From the NCBI RefSeq assembly GCF_048593235.1, contig NC_133617.1:13211607-13275606 (forward strand): 64,000 nucleotides of DNA, in the 5' to 3' direction. This document shows, in pieces, positions 50,051-59,012 of this stretch (the first letter of the stretch is position 1; each line of letters opens with the position of its first letter). The position numbers were made by a program, and so were the translations under genes. This DNA is from Sminthopsis crassicaudata. Taxonomy: Eukaryota. The notes beneath the pieces are model-generated. The model saw nothing but the letters and a program-made list of their open reading frames with translations. It was not told the DNA's origin and made no database searches.

Positions 50051-53000
50051 CCCCCCCGGCAGCCAGCTCCGGACAGTTGTAGCTCCCTGGTTGGATGGCA
50101 GTGGGGGCTCCCGCTCTCAGTTCTTAGATCCTGGAGTGGTGGGATGGGGGGAGGGAGGGACGTGTGAGACGCACAGACGCACCCAGTGGGAGGGGCTGCT
50201 GGGATAGGCTGGCTGGGAGCCCCCTCACTTTGCCTTCATCCTCTCAGTTGCTCCACTTCTGTGTTCCAGAAAGCAGAAGAGGACCCTCCCCCCGGTCCGG
50301 CTCTTCCCCCCCTCCTCACCCCCCCTCGTCCGGCTCTACCCCCTCCCCCAGCCTGCTCCTCTCCCCGGGGCCTCGTGTCCCCCCTCCCCCTCTGCTCCCC
50401 CTCATTTTCTCCTTTTGGGACTCTCTCCTAATAGAATCACTCCAATTCCGTGCTGCTCCTTCCCTTCCAAGCTAGCCTCCCCCCCATGGGGACTATGGGA
50501 GAAAATCCCTCTCCGCAGGCCGGGAGGGGGGCACTCGGGGCCTGAGTTTTCCCTCTCCGCCGCACTGTAACCGCACCCAAGTTGTTGTGAAGATGGAGCC
50601 GGTACCCTAGGCTGGGAGAAGGCCTTTGGGGGTGCCAGTCCCCCATCCATGTGTCCCCTGGCCGAGGCCGGACCCTCCAGAGGGGGAGCGGCCCCCTCCT
50701 CCTCCCTCCCTCTGCTCTGAGGGTGAGATAAGAATTAAACAGCAGGCCTGGGCGGGCCCAGCATTTCCCCGTCCAAGGAAACTGAGGCTCAGAGAGGTGG
50801 GGAAGGGGCTTGGCTAAGTCCCAGGGTTTACATCCAGGGTCCCTGACTCCAAACCAGCCCCACTCCCGTTCCCTCCCCCTCCTCTCGGTCCCGGCCCTCA
50901 CCTGCTCCCTGGATGCTGGATCTGCCCTGATTACTCGGCCTTCTTCCCATGTCTCCTCCCTGGCAGCCACAAGCTCCCAGGAAAACTCCAGCCTGCCCCA
51001 TTAATCTCCATTCTGGCCGTCTGGCTTTCTGGTCTACCACTCGATTGCTCCCCGTGTGTTTATTGAATTAAGTTAAATTAATATACATTAATAAATAGTG
51101 AATAACTAATTAATATTAAGTTAAGTACAATCTCTGCCTATATCCCTCGCTGAAGGGACTCTACAGAGGGGGGGGGGCAAAGTCCCATGTCCAGGAGTAA
51201 CATAACCCACAGAGGCTGGAATGGAGCTCCCCATCCCTCTCCCCTCTGACTGATGGCAGCTAGGGGGCGCCATACTGCGTGGAGCCCAGGATTGGGAATC
51301 AAAACCTACTCTGATCAATCAGACATTTAGGGACCCAGCCCAGGAGGTCACTTCACTCTCTTTGCCTCCGTGTTCTCATCTGTAAAATGGGCGGAAGAAG
51401 GAATTGTAAATCCAGTCCAGTGTCTTTGTCAGAAACACTCTCCCCGATCTAACGATTTTGCTCGATTCCCGGGACTGGTTTCCCGTAGAACTGAGGGCTC
51501 CCGTGGCGGGAGGTACAGAGCGACCCGGAGACCTAGAGGAACCTTTCAGAGCAGTTAGCATAAGCAAAGTCGCGCTAACGACTGTCCGAGGTGACGTCGG
51601 ACAGGGGCCGTGTTCGGACTCTCGGCTCCACAGCCGGCTTTCTCTCTTTCTTTCTTTCTTTTTTTAAAGCTTTTTATTTTCAAAACATGGGCAGATGATT
51701 TTTCAGCTGCCCTTGCAGAGCTGCATGCCCCTAGTTTTCCCCTCCTTCCCCCACCCCCTCCCCCGGATGGCAGGTAGTCCCATACGTCCAGCACGTGTTA
51801 CCCATTTAGGCAGTTATCTTGTCCAGTATTCTTCCCAGCACACCGGGGTGGGGCCATTAGGCACCCCTTTGCCTGCATGGATGGGGGAGCTCACCCTGGC
51901 TGCCTCCCCCTCAGACTGGGCTCTCCTTCCCCAGGGGAGGGTCTGGAATTGTTCCCTGGGGGGGTTCCTTCCCCAGGGGAGGGTCTGAGTCACCCTTTTG
52001 GGGAGGGTTTCCCCCCAGGGGAGGAGGGTTGGGGTCAGTGTCTTGGGGGGAGGGGCTCCTTCAGTAACCAAGGCATCTCCTCTGCAGACCACAACCTGAT
52101 GTTCGTCCGTCTGGGCAAGAAGTCTCTGGTGGTGCTGGACCGGAAGGACCGCCTGGAGCTGGTGAAGCAGGCGCACGTCACCTCCTCCGGCCTGCATTGC
52201 TCCCTGCAGGAAACCAGGAAGAAGGTCTCCTTCAGCTACTACTGGCCCAGCCTGGACCGAGATGTCAGCAAGTGGGTCAGTGGAGGAGGGTCCCGGGCGG
52301 GGCAGGGGGCGGCTCCCGGAAAGGAGAGACCCCGAGAACCTCGGACTCCTGCGCGCTTGTCTTCCTGCAGGAAGCCTCAGTTTACTCATCTCTAGAATGG
52401 GAGGCGTTAAGTCTTTCACTCATTCTCTGCTTTTCTGCGCTCATCTCTGCCTGGAGAGCCTCTTGGCCAGTGAGCTTTCCCTTGTGGGAACAGGAACAAA
52501 ATCCAGGCGGGATCCTCCTCCCTGCTGGGCCCGTACTTGGTCATTATTATTCCTCGGGGGTCGCTCCCCGTTCTGCCCATTAGCTGTGCACTCCCTCCTT
52601 TCCCAGGGTTGGGAAAATTGAATGAGATCATACTTGTTAAAAGGACTTATTGCCACAATGTCCAGCACACAGTAGGCACTTAATAAATGCTTACTCCCTT
52701 CCGTTATAATCGTTGCAAATGCAGCTTCCGGTTCTCTTTCCTTCCTTCACATAAGTCTACCTGAGATTCTTCTCGAGCCTTTGCTCACTACTTTTTGTGA
52801 TTTGCTCAGCCAGTCCCCAGACCACGGGCACCTGGCTTTGTTTCCAGGCTTCCCCAGGTCAGCTCTGAATGTTTTGGTATAAATGGGGTCTTTTTTGACT
52901 TCTAGGGGTTCATACAAACAATTTTTTACAGAAGGGGAAAACTGAGGTTCAGGAGAAGAGACTTGTTCAAACTCGGCATCACTGGGGGTCTAGGGAGGGA

Positions 53001-56000
53001 GCTTCTCCATCCCTCCACACTGCTTCATGGGGGCTTCCTCCTTGGGCCCATCTCAGGGATTGAGGGTGAGGTGGGTGGGGGCAGACCTTAGGGCGTTCTC
53101 TTGGAGGCTCTTCGCCCTTTTTTGTGCCTGGTAAAGATCCCAGCGGGTCCCGGCTGCTTGGGATCCCAGCGTGGCAACCCCCACAGTCTCACCCCTCTCG
53201 CCACAGGTCAAGCAGTGTAACTGCCGCCAGAAGGCGTGTTCAGAGAAGTCTCTGCCCATCCAGGTAACGGTCCCAGGGGGGCGGGGGACAGGAAGGCAGG
53301 GCGGCCCCGCTGCCACGGTGGGCTTCTGGCTGGCTGGTCCTCCTGGACTCCCCCCAAAGAAAGAGAGAATCTTGATCTTGGGGACAGAATCTGAGCTTGA
53401 CGGTCTTGCTCCGTGGGACCTTGGCCAGATCCCTTGTCCATTCCCCAAATGAGAGGCGGCGGGTGGGCCCTAACCCTAAGAGACGGTAGCTGGATGTCTT
53501 GCCCCCTGGGGATCCTGCCCTGAGGGGTCTGGGATGGATGGGCACATGGACGGTCCTCTTCTCCACAGGGGGTCAGCAGCAAGAGCCAGCGCGCTAGGGA
53601 CCCGTTGCCCGTGCTCCAAGTGGAAGCGGTAAGTAGGTGGGGACGGGGAGGAGAGGCGAGAAGGACCCGGCTCTGAGCCGGGCACGCCACAGATAGTGTC
53701 TCCTTTGGGCTCCTCAGCACCCTGGGAGGGGATCTGTCACGATCCCCATTTTAGTTAAGGAACATTGCACAACTAGTGAGTGTCGGAGTCTGCATTTGAA
53801 CTTGGGTGGCCTTGGTTCCAGGGCTAGTGCTCGATCAGCCAGTGGCTCAGGCTCTGCCCTTATACAGCGTGAGCCCGGAGACCTGCCTCCTACCCTTTCC
53901 CAGAGGGGCTTTGGAACACTCGGGCCTGGGGAAGTGCATGGGAGCCGCTGTCGGCCATCTTCCCCTCCTCGCTCCCCCGTCCCGGTCCAGGATTTTAGGC
54001 CCTCTGGGTGACTTTTTATAAGTCTCCCGACCTCTTCCCCTCAGGTCACTCAGGCTTTTGAGCAGGTGGGCCTGGGCCTGGTGGGGCCCCTGATGGAGAC
54101 TGCCAACGGCTTCCGCTTCATCCTTTTGTCCGTGGACGCTTACTCCCGGTGGGTCGAAGCCTCACCACTAAAGGAACAAAATCCCGTGGAAGTGGCCAGC
54201 GCCCTGATCCCCTTCCTCCTCCGATTTGGACGTCCCCAGCTCCTGGTCACCACTCTTCGAGTTCCATTTGTGAGCCAGGTGAGTCAGCTATCCGCCCCCC
54301 CCTCCCATCCAGAGCAGGCTGGGTTCTCCCCCTTGTAATCTAGAACAGGATCCCCACCCCCTTCTAGAATTGGAGTTCTGCCCCCTCCCTGCTCTAGAAC
54401 AGAAAGGCTAGGCTGAGGGAGGGGGGGCCAGGCTGAGGGAGGGGGGCCAGGCTGAGGGGGGGGGCTAGGCTGAGAGAAGGAGGCCAGGCTAAGCGGGGGG
54501 GGGGGGGGGGGGTAGGGCTGAGCTCCTCCTGTTCTTGCCTTCTGAAACTCACGTGGTTCCCCCACAGTGCCCCTGGGGTCAGCCTCAGATCATTTCCCTT
54601 CCTGCCCCCTTAAGCCCTCTAGTCTCCATGGCTCCCCACACCCTCCCCTGCAACCCGCCATCTCTCCTTCCACGGCCACCTTTCCAGACCCTCAAGGCTC
54701 CTTTTCAGTGACCCCTGTCCCCTGCAGGTGAACCGGAGTCTCCATCGCCAGCTCCAGGGCTTGGGGGTGCCCCTTGGCAAGCTGGACATCATCGTGTCGG
54801 CGTTCCAGCCGAAGATCAATAGCATCGTGTCCCTGACCGCCAGCTCTGTTAGGAGGTGAGGACGGGCCGGCCCCGGTCTCTGGTCTCACCGGACCTGCTG
54901 CCCACAGAGAAGCCGGGGAGAGCGAGGAAGAGAGCTGGTCCTTATCAGCTCTGGGGGAACCCAATCCCAAGTGGTAGAGCTGGATTGGAACCCAGACCCC
55001 CTTATGGTTAGAGGGGCTAGGGGTGGAGAAAAAGGGAGAATCTGAGAAAACGGGGGTGGCGAGGTGATGGCCGAGGCTGAGCTTGACAAAACCTGTCCTG
55101 GGCTTCGGGGTGTGGCGCGGGATGGCACTCAGGGGGATTGGCACGGTCGGGTGAGAAGAGCCCTGCACTGGGGACCAGAAGGCTGAAGTTAAAATCCTAA
55201 TCCTGCCCTCCACTGGCTGGGAGAAGAAGCATAGAAATCCCTTCGGATGCCTCAGTTTCTTTATCTGTAAAATGGGTAGGGGAGGGGGCTGTTACTGAGC
55301 TGAAGGTATCCTGACTTGGGATGATTTAGGAAATTGAGGATGTGGTGGGGGAGAGGGTCCGTTCCCGCGGCCCTAACTAAGAGAGCTCCTGGCTGCTTTC
55401 AGGGCCCTGTGGAGCCTGGTGAAGGGGGAGCTGGAGAAGTGGGACCAGGTCTTGGACAGAGCCCTTTTCTCCCTGAGGACGGCCGTGACTAAGAACAAGA
55501 GGAAAAGTCCCTTCCAGTTACTTTATGGTCGCAAGCCCAGGGCCCCTCAGGACGTTCCCTCCTATTTTGACGTGAGTGCTGGGCTCCTGGCTCCTCGGCG
55601 CATTCTACGCTGCAGGCCGCCTCTCCTGGCTGGGTCTCCCGGGTCCCGCTGCGCCGAGAGCTGCTTCCTCTCCTTGACCGCTGGTTCTCTCGCCTGCCGT
55701 TAGCCTTTCCTTCTCCTGACCCTGACCCCCAACTCTGGGGCCCCTCCAAAAGGATTCACACCCAGAGCATTAGGATTTGAGCATCTGGGACCCAGAGCAG
55801 GTTACTTGAGACCCACGCCACCCAAATGCCCTTTGTGGGCCGGGGGCAGCAGCCTGGCCTGGGTTCTCATCTCCTCGTGCCTTGGCTTGAGCCAGCTCCC
55901 TTCGGTCAGCTCCCATTCATAAGTATGAGGAGGGGGCTCCCTGCCCTGGCCTTTCTCCTTCCTTTACTTTGCAGCATTTTCTGGAGTTCAGATAAACATG

Positions 56001-57281
56001 GAGGGTTAGCAGGAGGGGCATTGGGCCGGAGCTTAGAATACCTGGGTTCCCGAAGGATTCTCTGTAGAACTGGTGGCCAGTGACTATCTATAGTTACCAT
56101 GACCCCCTCCCCTCTGTGACCTTCTCTCCTCCGTGTACCTCCAGGTGGTTGCAGCAGACACCGTGGGGGACAGTGCAGGGGCTACCCATGGTGATAAAAG
56201 GCCCATGGGTGCAGCATCTGCACCAAAAGCCGTGGGGCAGCAACCGAAGCGACAGATCATCCGAGAGCCCACTCTACAGGTCATGGCGAAGCCCGGTGTG
56301 AAGCCGGTCCAGCAGCCCGTGCCAGAGCCCATCCAGCAGCCCGTGCCAGAGCCCATCCAGCAGACCGTGCCGGAGCCCGCCCAGCAGCCTTTAATGAAGT
56401 CCATCCAGCAGCCCATGCCGGAGCCCGTGTTGGAGCCCTCTCAGCAGCCCTTAATGGAGCCTGCCCAGCAGCCCTTAATGGAGTCCATCCAGCAGCCCAT
56501 GCCAGAGCTCACCCAGCAGCCCATGCCGGAGCTCACCCAGCAACCCATGCCGGAGCTCGTCCTGCAGCCCGTGCCGGAGTCCTCCCAGCAGTTTGTGTTG
56601 GAGCCCTCCCAGCAGCCCATGCTGGAGCCCTCTCAGCAGTTCGTGTTGGAGCCCTCCCAGCAGTCCATATCAGAATCCAGACAACCATCCAGGCCAGAGA
56701 CCATGGGGCAGTTCATGCATCAGCTCATACCAGAGCCCATGAATCAGCATATGTGGCAGCCCATGCTGGGGGCCATCAACCAATCTATGCAGCCCATCCA
56801 GCAGCTCATGCAGCAGACCATGCAACAGTCCATGATCCAGTCTCTCCAGCAGCCCATGCATCAGCCCATTCAGCAGCTCATACTTCAGCCCATGCAGCAG
56901 CCCATGATGGAGTCCATCCAGCAACCCCTGCAGCAGCCCCTGCACCAGTCTATGCAGCAGCCCATGCTGCAATCCATGCAGCAGCCTATCCAGCAGGCCA
57001 TGCCCCAGCCCATCCAGCAGCCCATGCAGCAGGCCATGCCCCCACCCATCCAACGGCCCATACCCCAGTCTGTGCCGTGGCCCATGGCCCAGCCTATCCA
57101 GCAGCCCCTGCAGCAGCTCATCCTGGCAAAACCTATGCATCCACCCATCCCCAGGCTGGCAGAATGTCCTGTGGTGAGCGGCTGGGACCAACGGACAACT
57201 CCCAGCCTCGACAACCCCTGGGAAAAGTGGGAGCCTGGTGGAGGAGCCTTCTGGACTCAATGGAGGGAGCCTGGCAACTAG
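49021..57281 (+). CDS. Domesticated GIN/Ginger (Gypsy-integrase-like) gene with dead DDE core and Q/P/M-rich repeat tail, 677 aa
   Basis: join(49021-49141,52088-52275,53207-53263,54045-54278,54728-54855,55403-55571,56145-57281) = 2034 nt, six GT-AG introns with matching phases and no internal stop. Integrase hallmarks: H-x6-H...YYWPSLDRDVSKWVKQC; GPL..T.NG.RFILLSVDAYSRWVEASPL; RFGRPQ; WDQVLDRALFSLRT...SPFQLLYGRKPR. Confidence 0.88.
52088..52275 (+). CDS. GIN-like gene coding exon 2 (188 nt; HH half of the Zn finger)
   Basis: ctgcag|ACCAC ... TGG|gtcagt; DHNLMFVRLGKKSLVVLDRKDRLELVKQAHVTSSGLHCSLQETRKKVSFSYYWPSLDRDVSKW. Confidence 0.88.
53207..53263 (+). CDS. GIN-like gene coding exon 3 (57 nt; CC half of the Zn finger)
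   Basis: ccacag|GTCAAG ... CAG|gtaacg; VKQCNCRQKACSEKSLPIQ. Confidence 0.8.
54045..54278 (+). CDS. GIN-like gene coding exon 4 (234 nt; core N-half)
   Basis: ccctcag|GTCACT ... CAG|gtgagt; VTQAFEQVGLGLVGPLMETANGFRFILLSVDAYSRWVEASPL...PFVSQ. Confidence 0.9.
54728..54855 (+). CDS. GIN-like gene coding exon 5 (128 nt, phase 2)
   Basis: ctgcag|GTGAAC ... AGGAG|gtgagg; VNRSLHRQLQGLG...VSAFQPKINSIVSLTASSVR. Confidence 0.82.
55403..55571 (+). CDS. GIN-like gene coding exon 6 (169 nt)
   Basis: ctttcag|GGCCCTG ... GAC|gtgagt; ALWSLVKGELEKWDQVLDRALFSLRTAVTKNKRKSPFQLLYGRKPRAPQDVPSYFD. Confidence 0.9.
56145..57281 (+). CDS. GIN-like gene terminal exon (378 aa; QQP[MVL]xE / QQPM repeats)
   Basis: Pyrimidine tract plus ctccag|GTGGTT, in phase 0 with exon 6; 1137 nt open to TAG (ORF track 56133-57281). 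Confidence 0.8.
   Translation: MVAADTVGDSAGATHGDKRPMGAASAPKAVGQQPKRQIIREPTLQVMAKPGVKPVQQPVPEPIQQPVPEPIQQTVPEPAQQPLMKSIQQPMPEPVLEPSQQPLMEPAQQPLMESIQQPMPELTQQPMPELTQQPMPELVLQPVPESSQQFVLEPSQQPMLEPSQQFVLEPSQQSISESRQPSRPETMGQFMHQLIPEPMNQHMWQPMLGAINQSMQPIQQLMQQTMQQSMIQSLQQPMHQPIQQLILQPMQQPMMESIQQPLQQPLHQSMQQPMLQSMQQPIQQAMPQPIQQPMQQAMPPPIQRPIPQSVPWPMAQPIQQPLQQLILAKPMHPPIPRLAECPVVSGWDQRTTPSLDNPWEKWEPGGGAFWTQWREPGN
56304..57122 (+). repeat. Coding tandem repeat, 24-nt then 12-nt units (CAGCAGCCCATG core)
   Basis: ccagcagccc(a/g)tgcc(a/g)gagc repeated; unit lengths are multiples of 3. Confidence 0.9.
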
Positions 57282-57689
57282 TGGGAGAAATCAGAAACTC
57301 TTTTCCATTTCTAAATTCAATTAGATGACTAATCCTTGGGGGTGGGGGTGGGGAGGGGGAATAGAAAGCGGTCTTGGGAATGAACCATAATTGCTCCCAT
57401 CCACAATGACCCAAAGTCTGGGTCTGGGTATGAGAACGGGGCCAGGCATCTTGGACATTGTTACCCCCGTGGCCCATCCTTCCCTTCATTTGTGCCGAAT
57501 GTTGGGAAACGGGGACAAAAACAAAAGCCTCTGTCCTCACTAGGCTTTTATTCTACTGGGAAGAATGGAGTTAAACCATTGTTCCATCCATCAAGAGGTC
57601 ATCAGTCACCTTTTATGTTCTGGTCCCTGGGCTGCTGGGTCATTGGAGAGTGCAGCGATGAGCCCTGCCTTCACATTATTGGGAAAATG

Positions 57690-58290
57690 GACAGATAGAC
57701 GGGGGTTCCCAAAAGTCTTAGTGCAGCTTTAACCTATTACAACTTTTTAAGATTTTTGGGACACTCTGAAGAAAATTGATTGATAAGAGGGTGGTTGGAT
57801 GTAGCAGGGAAGGAAGAAAGTGAGAGTCGAGACTTCTGGGAAAACAACGCGTGTGAAGTAAAGGGTTTTCTAGGCAGGGTCAAAGACTGTTATGTGGACC
57901 TGGGGCGCTGGGTATGTCCGGACCAACAAGAAAACGAGTTTGGGGCTGGAAAGGTGGTTAGATCCAAGTTGAGGTAATGGGGAGCTGTGGAAGTTGCTGG
58001 AGTAATAGCAGCTACTCAGATCAATAAATAATTGGGAGGAGGAAAGCTCTCCTATGGGAGATGGTACCTAGGGCAAGTCTTGAAAAGGTGGGAGTGAATT
58101 TGGAAGTTCTAAGCAGGCTAGGTAGGGCCTGTGCAAAGACTGCAGCAAGCATCCAATTCGGGGAGAAGTACGGAGCCAGTTGTTTGGCTGGAAGAGAGGG
58201 TTTGGGCAAAGGATGCAAAAAGGGGAAAGAGGGGGTGAGTTGCAGAGAGCAGCAGAGACCTAGTCCATCACTGCTGATTATCACATGATC
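57690..58290 (-). mobile_element. L2 ORF2 relic
   Basis: Purine-rich + strand typical of antisense L2; degenerate - strand ORF at 58021-58302. Confidence 0.45.
58023..58028 (+). terminator. Candidate poly(A) signal for the GIN-like gene
   Basis: First AATAAA I found downstream of the 57281 stop; lies in repeat-like sequence. Confidence 0.3.
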
Positions 58291-59012
58291 TTGTAACTGC
58301 ATACAATTTTCTCTTGATTCTGCTCACTTTACTCAGCATCAGTTCATGTAAGTTTTTCCAGGCTTTTCTGCCGTCAGCCGCTCCTCAATAATCCATTTTT
58401 ATACCATAACACATGGACCATAATGTATTCACGTACCATGTGCCATATACCATAATGTATTCAACCATTCCCCAACTGATGGGCATTCACTCAATTTCTA
58501 CTTCCTTGCCGTCACAAAAAGATCTGCTCCAAGATGATCTTTTTCCTTTTTCTTTTTTTAAACTTTGTTTTTTAAATAGGGGTATAGTTTCCAACATTTC
58601 ATCTTTGCAAAACATTGTGTTGATAATCTTTATGAAGAGGATCAATGAGATCACAGGGCGGGCGATGACTCCCCACAGGAACTGGATCTAAGTGTGAAAG
58701 AGTCATATCGGCAGCCCGAGCTCCTTTTTATAAATTTCTGGGTGTTTTTTTCCTGTTATACCTACACATTTTAAAAATACACAATTCTTCATGAATATGT
58801 CGGGAAAGACAAATAACAGAAGGGGAGAAAAACCCCCAAAGTTGAACCTCGCATGTGTTGATTTACATGCAGTCTCCATAGTTTCTCTGTCTGGACGCGG
58901 ATGGCGTTTTCCATCCAAAGTTTATTGGGATGGACTTGGATCACTGAACTGCAGAGAAGAACCAAGTCTTTCCTAGTTGACGGATCGTTCCTGGTTCTGC
59001 TTGTTCAGCCTT
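58290..59012 (-). mobile_element. Two L1 3'-region fragments (about 58290-58530 and 58720-59012)
   Basis: ttctgctcactttactcagcatcagttcatgtaag...aaccattccccaactgatgggca and ggatcactgaactgcagagaagaaccaagtc...cctggttctgc match reverse L1 3' motifs. Confidence 0.65.

Noticed and set aside
48490-50207. Long ORFs (288 aa -, 240 aa +) around the integrase first exon
   Set aside because: CpG-island artefacts. The integrase-like peptide is confined to 49021-49141.
49021-57281. Interpretation as an LTR retrotransposon/ERV pol remnant or an active Ginger transposon
   Set aside because: No RT, RNase H, gag, LTRs or TIRs seen; six spliceosomal introns, intact frame and a dead DDE fit a host gene better.
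56670-57328. His/Leu/Gly-rich antisense ORF and Ala/His-rich alternate-frame ORF
   Set aside because: Shadows of the 12/24-nt coding repeat. Only the 56145-57281 frame has an in-phase splice acceptor linking it to exon 6.
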